Below, piece by piece: positions 17,912-28,106 of a DNA stretch of 64,000 bases. Source of the stretch: an uncultured Candidatus Saccharibacteria bacterium (lineage in GTDB: Bacteria; Patescibacteriota; Minisyncoccia; Phycocordibacterales; Phycocordibacteraceae); the NCBI GenBank assembly GCA_964357395.1, contig CAYHLC010000004.1:920-64919 (forward strand), read 5' to 3'. A program made the translations under genes and the position numbers. Positions within the stretch are counted from its first letter, which is position 1. Each line of letters starts with the position of its first letter. The notes under the pieces were generated by a model. The model had not been told where the DNA came from. It made no database searches and saw nothing but the letters and a program-made list of their open reading frames with translations.

Positions 17912-20900
17912 ATGCTCAAAGTCTCAACGTGGCTCCACAAGTCAGTGTCGGCAGTAACCATAACCACACTCCTTGTTGCTAGCGCCGGGTCACTCGTAGC
18001 CCCAGTGGTAGCCCAGGCAGACGCTCCGTCAATCCTGAAAATTACCTGCGACGCCGTCGTTCAGAATGGCAATGATTGGACGTTTAGTGGAACCTGGACC
18101 GCAATCGACTTTCCTGGTCTAGAGTCTGCTTATGATGCTGCCCTTTTTTCTCCTACCGGGACTATAAAGGATTCTGAATCACGAACTGCCCCCGATACCT
18201 TTATTGCTACCTCGACGGGGACAAGCTTTGCTGGTGCGTCTAATAAAAATGATGCACAGGGGACGTGGTCAAACATTGAAAATTTTTCGAGCGCCCCCGC
18301 TTCAGTAAATGCAGTGCTCTACCACCAAGGAGTTCCAGGAAATGAGTCATCAAACACAGTAGACGGTACTTGTTCTTTCGCACCACTTTTGACCAAGGGT
18401 GGCCTTGTCGTTAAGAAGGTATTGATCAATGACAACGGTGGTACGGCTGCGACGTCCACCTTCTCCTTCACTATCCCCGGCGTCAACGGCGGCAACTCGA
18501 TTGCCTTTGAGGCAGATGGTCAGAACGACTTCACCCTCACTGCTGGCGCATACACTGTGACCGAGGTCGCAGCTGCAGGATATGCAGCGGCATACTCGGT
18601 TGGCTGCGCTCAGGGTGTTACCGCAGGCGCAACCACAACCTGTACGATCACCAACAACGACGTCGCCCCAAAGCTCACCGTTACCAAGGTGGTCACGAAT
18701 GACAGTGGCGGCACCAAAGTTATTGCCGGCTTCCCTCTTTTTGTTGACGGAAACAGCGTTACCTCGGGTGTGCAGAACACCTTTCTAGCAGGCGCACACA
18801 CCGTTACAGAGACCGGTATACCAACAGAGTACGCGGCTACCATTAGCGGCGACTGTGCAGCAGACGGTACTATCACGCTCGCCGTAGGCGACGTGAAGGC
18901 CTGTACGATCACCAACAACGACATCGCTCCGAAATTGACGGTTACCAAAGTGCTCAACTTTACGCACGGCGGCACCAAAATCGTTTCCGACTTCCAACTC
19001 CTTCTTGATAATGTCGTTAACATCCTGTCGGGTGTACAAAACACACTTACCGCAGGTGCGTTCACTGTTGGCGAGGTTGCTACGCTCGGCTATAGCGGAG
19101 TGGTAAGTGGCGACTGTGCTGCAGACGGCACGATCACGCTTGCACTCGGCGAGGTCAAGACGTGTACGGTTACGAACTCAGACGTCGCACCTGCGCTCAC
19201 ACTCACCAAGATTGTCTCTGGTGGTCCGAATGTTGCAGCCGACTGGACGCTTACCGCAGCAGGCCCAACGCCACTCTCTGGTACAGCACCAGTTGCAAGC
19301 GACGTCGACTTTACTGCAGGTACGTATACGCTTGGCGAGTCAGCAGGCGAGTCAGTGAGTCCGTACTATGTCGCATCAGCTTGGGTCTGTACTGGCGGAG
19401 TACAGGTCTCAAACACCGTCGCGCTTACGGTAGGACAGAGCGCCTCATGTACGATTACCAATACCTATACCCCGCCGGTCTGCGATGACGGCATCGATAA
19501 CGACGGCGACACATTTGTTGACGCTGACGATGTTGGTTGCGAGTCACCAACCGATACCAGCGAGGCCAACGAATCAACACTCCTCCTCTGCACTGACGGT
19601 CAGGACAATGACGGTGACGAGCTTATCGACCTTGCTGACAGCAACTGCTCGGCATACATCCCGACACTCACGGTAGTTAAGAACTTGATCAATGACTCAA
19701 ACACTGGCGGTACGCTTGGCGTAACTGACTTTGCTTTCCAGATCAACGGTGGTGATATGACTTCGTTCGATGGTGACGGCTCGGTCACTACGAACATGCC
19801 TGTCGGAGCATACTCGGTAACCGAGAGTGCAGCTGGCTACACGACCTCTTTCTCTGCTGACTGTTCGGGTTCACTCGCAGCTGACGAGGACAAGATCTGT
19901 ACGATCACGAACGATGACCTGCCAACGACGATCACCGTTGTTAAAAGCTTGATTACTGACTCTGGCAAGAGTGCAGCGGTAACCGACTTCTCGTTTGCAG
20001 TTAACGACAATGACCCAGTATCATTTGACGAAGATGGCTCGGTGACACTCACTGTTGTTCCTGGTGATGCGTATTCGATCGTTGAGACCGTGGCAGCTGG
20101 GTATACAACTACGTATCAGTATGGCGAGACGGAGAGCTGCGGAAATATCACCATTACACTCGGCCAGAATGTCCAATGTACTATCATCAACGATGACGTA
20201 CCGGCATGTTCGGACGGTATCGAGAACGACGGTGACGGCCTTACTGATATGGATGATCCAGGCTGCCATACCGACCTCGACCCCGAGAATAGCGAGTCGT
20301 ATGACGCCAACCTCGAGAGCGAGGGCAACGAGTCGACACTCGCACTCTGCACCGACGGCATTGATAACGATAACGACACGGACGTAGACTTCGAGGACGC
20401 AGACTGCGCACCACTGATGCCAACGATTAAGCTCGTGAAGACGGTGACCAACGATAGCGGCACTGGTACCTCGGTTGTTGCAGATTTCGTACTGAACGTA
20501 GGCGCAACTGCAGTACTCTCGGGTGCGACAACTGCGTTTGTCCCTGGCGCATACACCGTAACTGAAACAGGCCCCGCAGGCTACACCGGCACTATCGGTG
20601 GCCACTGTGCAGCCGACGGCACTATTACTCTGGTAGCAGGCGAGACGTACGAGTGTACGATCACCAACGACGACATCGTTGCTCCTCCAGTTAACGGCCA
20701 GTGTAACGACACAATCGACAACGAAGGTGACACCCTGATCGACCAGCAGGACCCACAATGCTCACCAAACGGTGTGTATGATCCAGGCGCAACAGAGGCA
20801 GGCCCATCATCAGGCGGCCCTGGCGGCGGTGGCATTATTGGCGGCGGTGGCGGAGGCTCGGTCCTCGGCGCGTCAACGGTAGGCCAGGTCCTCGGTACGA

Positions 20901-21229
20901 GTTGCGGCGTGTACATGGATCGCTACGTCCGCATCGGCAAGAAGAACAATGTCGAGCAGGTCAAGAAGTTGCAGGCATTCCTCAATAAGCAGGGTGCGGC
21001 GCTCCCACTCACAGGATTCTTCGGACCACTCTCACTTGGCGCGGTCATGAAGTTCCAAGCGCAGTATGCAGACAGCATCTTGAAGCCGTGGGGCATCACG
21101 ACGCCAACCGGCATCGTGTACCAGACGACGCTCTGGCAGATCAACAAGGTCGAGTGCCCAGAGCTCACCTCGCAGGTCCCTACGCTTATCGAGTGGTCAA
21201 AGAGTACTGACCCCGCAAAGCCTGAGTAG
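17912..21229 (+). CDS. giant secreted surface protein: prealbumin-like/SpaA-like repeats, five Cys-rich DNDGD repeats, C-terminal peptidoglycan-binding domain
   Basis: Signal peptide. Multiple ~100-aa repeats ending in CTITNDD. Five CxDGxDNDGDxxxDxxDxxC modules. C-terminal LQAFLNKQG...FGPLSLGAVMKFQ (PG_binding_1-like). Confidence 0.8.
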   Translation: MLKVSTWLHKSVSAVTITTLLVASAGSLVAPVVAQADAPSILKITCDAVVQNGNDWTFSGTWTAIDFPGLESAYDAALFSPTGTIKDSESRTAPDTFIATSTGTSFAGASNKNDAQGTWSNIENFSSAPASVNAVLYHQGVPGNESSNTVDGTCSFAPLLTKGGLVVKKVLINDNGGTAATSTFSFTIPGVNGGNSIAFEADGQNDFTLTAGAYTVTEVAAAGYAAAYSVGCAQGVTAGATTTCTITNNDVAPKLTVTKVVTNDSGGTKVIAGFPLFVDGNSVTSGVQNTFLAGAHTVTETGIPTEYAATISGDCAADGTITLAVGDVKACTITNNDIAPKLTVTKVLNFTHGGTKIVSDFQLLLDNVVNILSGVQNTLTAGAFTVGEVATLGYSGVVSGDCAADGTITLALGEVKTCTVTNSDVAPALTLTKIVSGGPNVAADWTLTAAGPTPLSGTAPVASDVDFTAGTYTLGESAGESVSPYYVASAWVCTGGVQVSNTVALTVGQSASCTITNTYTPPVCDDGIDNDGDTFVDADDVGCESPTDTSEANESTLLLCTDGQDNDGDELIDLADSNCSAYIPTLTVVKNLINDSNTGGTLGVTDFAFQINGGDMTSFDGDGSVTTNMPVGAYSVTESAAGYTTSFSADCSGSLAADEDKICTITNDDLPTTITVVKSLITDSGKSAAVTDFSFAVNDNDPVSFDEDGSVTLTVVPGDAYSIVETVAAGYTTTYQYGETESCGNITITLGQNVQCTIINDDVPACSDGIENDGDGLTDMDDPGCHTDLDPENSESYDANLESEGNESTLALCTDGIDNDNDTDVDFEDADCAPLMPTIKLVKTVTNDSGTGTSVVADFVLNVGATAVLSGATTAFVPGAYTVTETGPAGYTGTIGGHCAADGTITLVAGETYECTITNDDIVAPPVNGQCNDTIDNEGDTLIDQQDPQCSPNGVYDPGATEAGPSSGGPGGGGIIGGGGGGSVLGASTVGQVLGTSCGVYMDRYVRIGKKNNVEQVKKLQAFLNKQGAALPLTGFFGPLSLGAVMKFQAQYADSILKPWGITTPTGIVYQTTLWQINKVECPELTSQVPTLIEWSKSTDPAKPE

Positions 21230-21240
21230 TTATCATAAAG

Positions 21241-21268
21241 AATCCCCAAGGCGACGCCTTGGGGATTC
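21241..21268. terminator. hairpin (aatccccaaggcg-acg-ccttggggatt) between convergent genes
   Basis: Seen directly. The T-run is weak. Confidence 0.4.
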
Positions 21269-21272
21269 TTTG

Positions 21273-21527
21273 CTATTCAAGCTCTTTGTACACCTTTGAG
21301 CGGTGACCCACAATAACCACCATGAACGTCCCACTATCTAATGTGCCGATAACACGATAATCACCCACTCGGATCTTATAGGCGCTCGTATCTTTGAGCT
21401 TGGTCAGAACAGGAAATGCCTGTGTCAGTGTGGCAACGTGACGCATCTTTTCCGCAACGCGCTTTTGTGTCTTTTGGGGGAGTAATTTCAGCTGCTGAGC
21501 TGCTTTGGCCGTCCAAAGGATGTGCAT
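21273..21527 (-). CDS. type II toxin, RelE/ParE family
   Basis: YKIRVGDYRVIG...MVVIVGHRSKVY pattern. 84 aa. Confidence 0.7.
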   Translation of the reverse strand: MHILWTAKAAQQLKLLPQKTQKRVAEKMRHVATLTQAFPVLTKLKDTSAYKIRVGDYRVIGTLDSGTFMVVIVGHRSKVYKELE

Positions 21528-21530
21528 ACC

Positions 21531-21767
21531 CTAGAGACCAAGCTCTCGAAACACTTCCTCTTGTGGAGTGACGCGCCCAGCCTTGGCATCAGCAAGCCCA
21601 TCGAGCAAATCACGCTCGAAGGTCGAGAGGACGATCCGATCGTCGACATAGGCCTGTGCTGCGAGGTTGAAGACCGCACTCATCGTGAGGCCTTGCTTGC
21701 GAGCCTTCTTTGCCAGCGCCTCCTTCAGCTTTTTTGGGGTGTTAAAAATGATCTTAGTAGTGCTCAT
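21531..21767 (-). CDS. RHH/ParD-like antitoxin (start at internal Met)
   Basis: 78 aa immediately upstream of, and co-oriented with, the RelE/ParE gene. Basic N-terminal segment (TPKKLKEALAKKARKQG), assigned as RHH-like from position and size, not from a conserved motif. Confidence 0.6.
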   Translation of the reverse strand: MSTTKIIFNTPKKLKEALAKKARKQGLTMSAVFNLAAQAYVDDRIVLSTFERDLLDGLADAKAGRVTPQEEVFRELGL

Positions 21768-21854
21768 GTGCGCAGTATATACCCCGTATATATGCCTGTC
21801 AACAGTGGTCAACGTAGGGGTGGCGGAAGCCGATTTTTGCTATACTGTGAGCAT

Positions 21855-22655
21855 ATGAACAAACTAACCAAAGTAGCGCTCGTCGGCATCGTTATGCTTG
21901 GCTTCGCAGCACCAGCATACGCCAGCCACTCATGGGGCAATTATCATTGGGCACGGGCAGCGAACCCGTTTACCCTCAAGCTCGGTGACGCAGTAACGCC
22001 TGCATGGGATCAATACCTCGCCGAGGCATCAGCAGACTGGACAGCGTCATCAGTACTCAACACTACAATCGTGCCGAGTACAGTCAATCCGAGGACCTGC
22101 AAGGCCACGGCCGGCCGCATCGAGGTCTGTAACTCCAAGTACGGCAACAATGGTTGGCTCGGTATCGCTACCATCTGGGCCGACGGCAACGCGCATATCA
22201 CCCGCGCGACCACCAAGCTCAACGACTCATACTTCAACACGCCAACCTACAACACTCCCGCATGGCGTCGCCTGGTAACCTGCCAAGAGATCGCGCACGA
22301 CTTCGGGCTCGACCACCAGGACGAGGCCTTCGCCAACGTGAACCTCGGCACCTGTATGGACTACACCAACGATCCTGATGGGGGAGGCGCCTATGGCCCA
22401 TCGAATGAGCACCCTAACGCTCACGACTACGAGCAGCTCGTGACTATGTACACCCACACCGACAGCTATACGACCGTCAACGCACTTGCCGCGCAGATAC
22501 GAGCGATGGCCAAGACCTTGGTTGTCGTCGATGACCAGGATGATGACCTCGGCGAGGCGGTAGGGCACGACGAACATGGCAATCCTAACAAGTTTGTCAA
22601 AACGTACGGCAATGGTACTACCAAGCTGACCCACGTCTTCTGGCTCCCAGAATAG
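21855..22655 (+). CDS. secreted protein with metzincin-like variant motif QEIAHDFGLDH
   Basis: Signal peptide MNKLTKVALVGIVMLGFAAPAYA. x-E-x-x-H-x-x-G-x-x-H segment with Gln in place of the first His. Confidence 0.5.
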   Translation: MNKLTKVALVGIVMLGFAAPAYASHSWGNYHWARAANPFTLKLGDAVTPAWDQYLAEASADWTASSVLNTTIVPSTVNPRTCKATAGRIEVCNSKYGNNGWLGIATIWADGNAHITRATTKLNDSYFNTPTYNTPAWRRLVTCQEIAHDFGLDHQDEAFANVNLGTCMDYTNDPDGGGAYGPSNEHPNAHDYEQLVTMYTHTDSYTTVNALAAQIRAMAKTLVVVDDQDDDLGEAVGHDEHGNPNKFVKTYGNGTTKLTHVFWLPE

Positions 22656-22766
22656 GCCTTAAATAAGGCATATTGCTGCATTCCAAAGGCCTATATTAGG
22701 TCATAGACTTTTAATGAAAGCCAGAGTATGCTTAGGCAGACTCATTAATTGTCATAAATTAGAACT

Positions 22767-25700
22767 GTGTTTAAATACTCAACCCTCGCTGCTACGCTCG
22801 TTCTCGGGCTCGCATTTTTTATTAGCGCGCCTGCAGCACAGGCGGCAACGCTCACAACCGACAAGGCAGACTATTTCCCGGGCGAGACCGCCACGATCTG
22901 GGGCTCTCTCTTTGAGGCGTCTCAGGAAGTGGTCCTAACTATCGTAGGACTCAACGAGGACAGCAGCGAGGCAACTACCTACAGCTGGGGAGTTACAGCG
23001 GATGAGGGAGGCGCCTTCACCACCTTCTACGAACTGATTAACTCATACGTCCCGCTCTACCTTCTCGCAGCTACTGCAGATGGAGAGGTGATCGCTGAGA
23101 CGAGCTTCACCGATGCAAACTTGAGCGTCACTGTTTTGGGCGCGGGAACTGGTTCTGGCTCTGTTACAGCCACCAATATTACGTGCACTGTGACAACAGG
23201 TGTAGCGTCTGGAGATTGCGCACAAACATACGGCGGCAATCCGGCATCTACTGTTATTACCGCGTCACCATCTGTCGGCAGCACCTTCACCGGATGGTCT
23301 GGCGGCTGTACAGGAACAGGGACGTGCGCGCTCTCAACCTCAGGAACACTCAACACGACCGTTACGGCAACTTTCACATCTTCGATTAGTGCGCAGACCA
23401 TCACTGTCACAACCCCTGCTCCTGCATCGGCAATTTATGACAACACGTTCCCCGTCGCCGCAACGGCAAGCTCTGGTCTAGGTGTAGCTATCACAACCAC
23501 GGGTTCGTGCTCTGGCAGCGGAACAAGTTCTGCAATTATCACGATGACGTCGGGAACGGGAAGCTGTGTCGTGCACTATAACCAAGCAGGCAACGGCACG
23601 TATAGTGCTGCATCGGAAGTCACCAGCAACACGACCGCCACAAAACGCGCTGTGTCTGCGAACATAACCGCAGACGACAAGGCGTATGACTCAACGACAT
23701 TTGCAAATGTGAGCGCCTGCGAACTCTCGGGGCAGGTAGGTGGTGATGATGTTACCTGTTCGTCTCCTGATGGTAACTTCCTCGACAAACATGTCGGCAT
23801 AGGAAAGTCGGTTCTTGTGCTAAGCGGCATCACACTTGGCGGAACCGATGCCGCGGATTACGAACTCGTTTCCGACAGCGATGCGGATGCCGCCGACATC
23901 ACCCCGTACACCGGCATCATCGCGACCGCAACAGCGGATGACAAACCATACGACGCTACGACTGCCGCGACCGCGCTCCTCTCCTTTGGAAATGTATTTC
24001 TTGGCGATGATCTCACTCCTTCCGGATATACCAGCGCAACCTTCGACACCGCAAACGTCGGTACCAACAAGACCGTCACGGTCCTTGGTATCACCGGTTC
24101 TGGCGCAGACGTCGGCAACTACACCTGGAACACCTCTGACACCGACCTTGCGGACATCACGGCAGTCGACGCCGTCTGTACCATAGTCGGATACTCCGAC
24201 ACCTATGACGCACTCCCACATGGCGCAACAGGCTCCTGCACAGGTGTCGAAGGCGTGCTCACCGGCCTCGTACTCGGTGACTCCTTCACAGACGTGCCCG
24301 GCGGCACCGCGAACTGGTCGTTCTTGAACCAAAACTACAACCCTGAGAACGGCTCGGTCCCGATCGAGATTCTGGCACTCTCCCTCGTCGGTTCCTTCAC
24401 CGCAGACAACAAAGTATACGACAGTACCACAGATGCTTCGGTGTTGACGCGCTCAGTGACAGGCCTTGGCCTCGATGATGTCACTCTCACCGGCGGCACC
24501 GCGACCTTCGACACAAAGAATGTTGGCAACGATAAGACCGTCACCCTCACTGGCGCAACCTTGGGTGGTGTTGACGCAGGCAACTACAGCCTCCTTTCTG
24601 TCGACACGACCACCGCCGACATCACCCCGTACACCGGCATCATCGCGACCGCAACAGCGGATGACAAACCATACGACGCTACGACTGCCGCGACCGCGCT
24701 CCTCTCCTTTGGAAATGTATTTCTTGGCGATGATCTCACTCCTTCCGGATATACCAGCGCAACCTTCGACACTGCAAACGTCGGCATCGACAAGACCGTC
24801 ACGGTCCTGGGCATCACCGGTTCTGGTGCAGACGTCGGCAACTACACCTGGAACACCTCTGACACCGACCTTGCCGACATCACGCCAGTCGACGCTGTCT
24901 GTACCATAGTCGGATACGACGTGACCTACGACGCCACTGCTCACACCGCAACAGGATCATGTCTTGGGGTGGAGGGAGAGACGCTCGCGGGTATTGATCT
25001 AACAAGTACAACACACATTGCTGCTGGTAGTTACCCAACTGACCCGTGGACATTTACTGCTCCCAACAACAACTATCTTAATGATTTAGGCACTGTCGCT
25101 AACAGCATTGCTCAAGCAGATGCGTCGTGCTCAGTGAGTGGATTTAGTGGAAATTACGATGGTTTACCTCACGGAGCAACAGGAACGTGTGAGGGAGTAG
25201 GAGGTGACGGAACGCTCCCTGGTCTTGATCTCGGCCTAACGTTTACTGATGTTCCAGGTGGCAATGCGCATTGGGTGTTTACTGACACTACCGGCAACTA
25301 CAATGATGATGTGGGCGATGTAGCGATAACTATCACGGAAGCCCCTTCGACCGTAACGGTTGACTGTACTGCCGGTGCGCCATATACGTACACAGGTGTT
25401 GCTCAAACTCCATGTACCGCGAGCGCAACGGGTGTTGGTATCGTCTCTCCAATTGATGTCACAGGCTCATTGGTGTATGGCAACAACGTACACGTAGGAA
25501 ACGCGACAGCAGACGCAAGCTGGGATGGTGACGTCAACCACTTCGGCGACACAGGTTCAGGCGGCTTTGTTATCGGGCAGGCAGCACTTACGGTGACCGC
25601 CTCAAGCGCTTCGGTACTCCAGGGTGCAGCAATGCCCCTCTTCACCCCAAGCTACTCAGGCTTCGTAAATGGTGAGGTAGCGGGCGTACTTGATACCGCA

Positions 25701-26195
25701 CCAACGTGTTCTGCATCAGTAGCAGACACAAGCACTCCTGGCAGCTACCCAACTAACTGCGTAGGCGGTACCGATAATGACTATAGTTTCGGCTACGTTT
25801 CTGGCACACTGCATGTCTTCTCACTCGATTCAGTATTTAATGGGCTCTTCAACCCACTGAAAATATCGATCAAGGACTTCCAGAAGGGAAGCACGATTCC
25901 AGTGAAGTTCTCTCTGAACGGTGGGTTCGGCAACTTCTTTGGTGGTGATGCAAGATTGATGGTGAATGACGCAACATTGAATCCAGTTACTCCAGTGTGG
26001 GTGCCTGTTGTCTCAAGCGGCGGGTCAAATGTTGGCAATCTCTTCCGATACGACGCAGCAGCAGGGCAGTACATCTTCAATCTCTCAACGAAGATGACTC
26101 TGTTCAAGGCTGCACACGTATATGATTTCAAGGTCACGATTAACGGCATTGATCAGGTTGCTATTCAGCAGGCAGCAATCAAACTTCAGAAATAA
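22767..26195 (+). CDS. giant secreted adhesin-like protein with InlB-B-like and MBG (YDxT) repeat domains
   Basis: Signal peptide. Repeats with KxYDxTTxA motifs. Internal near-identical DNA duplication. Confidence 0.8.
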   Translation: MFKYSTLAATLVLGLAFFISAPAAQAATLTTDKADYFPGETATIWGSLFEASQEVVLTIVGLNEDSSEATTYSWGVTADEGGAFTTFYELINSYVPLYLLAATADGEVIAETSFTDANLSVTVLGAGTGSGSVTATNITCTVTTGVASGDCAQTYGGNPASTVITASPSVGSTFTGWSGGCTGTGTCALSTSGTLNTTVTATFTSSISAQTITVTTPAPASAIYDNTFPVAATASSGLGVAITTTGSCSGSGTSSAIITMTSGTGSCVVHYNQAGNGTYSAASEVTSNTTATKRAVSANITADDKAYDSTTFANVSACELSGQVGGDDVTCSSPDGNFLDKHVGIGKSVLVLSGITLGGTDAADYELVSDSDADAADITPYTGIIATATADDKPYDATTAATALLSFGNVFLGDDLTPSGYTSATFDTANVGTNKTVTVLGITGSGADVGNYTWNTSDTDLADITAVDAVCTIVGYSDTYDALPHGATGSCTGVEGVLTGLVLGDSFTDVPGGTANWSFLNQNYNPENGSVPIEILALSLVGSFTADNKVYDSTTDASVLTRSVTGLGLDDVTLTGGTATFDTKNVGNDKTVTLTGATLGGVDAGNYSLLSVDTTTADITPYTGIIATATADDKPYDATTAATALLSFGNVFLGDDLTPSGYTSATFDTANVGIDKTVTVLGITGSGADVGNYTWNTSDTDLADITPVDAVCTIVGYDVTYDATAHTATGSCLGVEGETLAGIDLTSTTHIAAGSYPTDPWTFTAPNNNYLNDLGTVANSIAQADASCSVSGFSGNYDGLPHGATGTCEGVGGDGTLPGLDLGLTFTDVPGGNAHWVFTDTTGNYNDDVGDVAITITEAPSTVTVDCTAGAPYTYTGVAQTPCTASATGVGIVSPIDVTGSLVYGNNVHVGNATADASWDGDVNHFGDTGSGGFVIGQAALTVTASSASVLQGAAMPLFTPSYSGFVNGEVAGVLDTAPTCSASVADTSTPGSYPTNCVGGTDNDYSFGYVSGTLHVFSLDSVFNGLFNPLKISIKDFQKGSTIPVKFSLNGGFGNFFGGDARLMVNDATLNPVTPVWVPVVSSGGSNVGNLFRYDAAAGQYIFNLSTKMTLFKAAHVYDFKVTINGIDQVAIQQAAIKLQK
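23890..24194 (+). repeat. intragenic direct repeat copy 1 (305 bp, ~96% identical to 24613-24917)
   Basis: Compared by eye: about 11 mismatches in 305 bp, offset 723 bp. Confidence 0.9.
24613..24917 (+). repeat. intragenic direct repeat copy 2
   Basis: See copy 1. Confidence 0.9.
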
Positions 26196-26228
26196 AGGTC
26201 AAGTAGTCGTCGATTAGCATAGGACAAC

Positions 26229-26264
26229 AAAAACACCACCAATCAAGGTGGTGTTTTTGTTTTG
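26229..26264 (+). terminator. rho-independent terminator
   Basis: aaaaacaccacc-aatcaa-ggtggtgttttt hairpin followed by T-run. Confidence 0.75.
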
Positions 26265-26446
26265 CCCCTCTCAAAAAGTGAGTAGGTAAGCTCTGCATTG
26301 GGATTACGTATTGTCAAACTTATCCCCAAGCTATCCCCATGGTGATCTCACCCATACTTCATATACCTACATGCTAGTGTGCGGGTATGACCCACCACGG
26401 GCCAATTAATAGTCGCTTAGTCAATTATTAAAGCAAATAACAAAAA

Positions 26447-28003
26447 ATGAATATTCTTACTAAAGCGAGCGCCCTCTGGGCAGTGCCAGTAGCTACCGTA
26501 CTCGCACTTTCCCTCTTCGCAACTCCTGCGTTGGCAGAGAGCCCAGTTGGCTGTACAGCAGACAATAGCGTTGTGAATATTGCGGGCACTCCATCGACCG
26601 CAGTAGCTGGCGATGTGATCACATTTACTGTGACTGCAGGAAATCCTGTGTCAGCTGATGGGTGTGATATCACTGGTAGGACGATGACTCTTACGCTTCC
26701 GAACGGCGTACAGCATGTCTTTGGACCAAATAACTATCCGAACCCATCAGCACTTGCTGTAGCAGGTTCAGCGCCCTACGTCGCCAATAATGCTGACGCG
26801 GTAAACGGTTTCTGGACGGCAAATGTCTCCTGGAACGGTACGCTGAAGGCTGCTTCTGATCTCCCTTCGGATGGAAATAAGAACGCCTCTGTTGTTCAAG
26901 TATTGCCACTTACAGTTGTGAAGACTGTAAATACTACGTTTGATCGTGATTGGGATTGGACCATCAACAAGACTGGATCGGATACAAATCTCAATCTTCA
27001 AGAAGGTGAGCAGGTATCTGTGAACTACACGGTTGTGGTTGCCCCAACTTCGGAAAACATCAACCACGCAGTAAGCGGAAACATCACAATCACAAATCCG
27101 GTCGGAAATCCTTCCGCCACGGTCGCGACTGTGACTGACGTTCTGAACGTCTCTGGTGCAGCAGTAGTTGACTGTCCTGGCGGCCTACCGCAAGCGATTG
27201 CAGCAGGTGCCTCTCTTGTCTGTACGTACACAATGGCGGCTGCAAGCGCTACTGACACGCAGAACACAGCTACTGTCATTACGACTGGAAGTGTTCCGGG
27301 CGGAAACGACTCTGAAGCTGTTAGCTACGGTAGTCCCGTAAATGAGACCGACGAGTGTATCACTGTAGACGACACGAATCCGCAAGGACCTCAGGGTGTC
27401 GTTATTTGTCAGAATACTGCAGACAAATCACTCGAGTATTCTGTCTCGTTCGGTCCACAGGGTAACGTAGTTACCTCATGCGGACAGGGTGATCTGCACA
27501 ACGTTGCAGACTTCGTTACGAATGACAATCTTGAAGTAGGAAGCGACATCTGGGATGTTCACTGGACAGTGAACTGTTCTGTCGGTTGTACCCTGACTCA
27601 GGGGTACTGGAAGACTCACAACGCATCATTCAAGGGTGGAGCACCCGTTGATGCTGGATGGGAGCTCCTTGCTGGTGGATTGAAGGAAAACACCTTGTTC
27701 TTCGCAACTGGCAAGACATGGTTTGCGATCTTCAACACACCACCAAAGGGTAATGTGTACTTCAACCTTGCGCACCAGTACATGGCTGCAAAGTTAAACA
27801 TCCTCAATGGAGCATCGCCAACGCCAGCAGTATCAGCAGCTATCACAAGTGCTGAGGCACTCTTTACTTCAACCTCTATCGCGCAAGCAGCGCTACTTAA
27901 GGGTGGAGCAAAGACAAGCTGGACTAACCTTGCTGGAACTCTTGGTAGTTTCAACGAGGGGCTCATTGGGCCAGGGCACTGCGACGAGCAGATTCCGAAT
28001 TAA
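26447..28003 (+). CDS. secreted protein with DUF11/CARDB-like domain and C-terminal GYWK domain
   Basis: Signal peptide. GDVITFTVTAGN pattern. C-terminal CTLTQGYWKTH... domain shared with 28107-28751. Confidence 0.6.
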   Translation: MNILTKASALWAVPVATVLALSLFATPALAESPVGCTADNSVVNIAGTPSTAVAGDVITFTVTAGNPVSADGCDITGRTMTLTLPNGVQHVFGPNNYPNPSALAVAGSAPYVANNADAVNGFWTANVSWNGTLKAASDLPSDGNKNASVVQVLPLTVVKTVNTTFDRDWDWTINKTGSDTNLNLQEGEQVSVNYTVVVAPTSENINHAVSGNITITNPVGNPSATVATVTDVLNVSGAAVVDCPGGLPQAIAAGASLVCTYTMAAASATDTQNTATVITTGSVPGGNDSEAVSYGSPVNETDECITVDDTNPQGPQGVVICQNTADKSLEYSVSFGPQGNVVTSCGQGDLHNVADFVTNDNLEVGSDIWDVHWTVNCSVGCTLTQGYWKTHNASFKGGAPVDAGWELLAGGLKENTLFFATGKTWFAIFNTPPKGNVYFNLAHQYMAAKLNILNGASPTPAVSAAITSAEALFTSTSIAQAALLKGGAKTSWTNLAGTLGSFNEGLIGPGHCDEQIPN

Positions 28004-28022
28004 GACCAATTATTAAAACAGA

Positions 28023-28060
28023 AAACCACCCCCTTCGCTACTGTTGCGGGGTGGTTTTTT
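28023..28060 (+). terminator. rho-independent terminator
   Basis: aaccaccccttcgc...gcggggtggtt hairpin followed by T6. Confidence 0.75.
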
Positions 28061-28106
28061 GTATACACTGGTGGTATTAGACCTACATAACCATTGATGT
28101 ATAGAT

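Noticed and set aside
20021-20758. 245-aa minus-strand ORF inside the giant surface-protein gene
   Set aside because: It is antisense to a repeat-rich coding region and is low complexity. No support.
21522-21854. N-terminal extension of the 377-aa plus-strand ORF
   Set aside because: It overlaps the antitoxin gene on the opposite strand. The signal peptide begins at the internal Met (21855).
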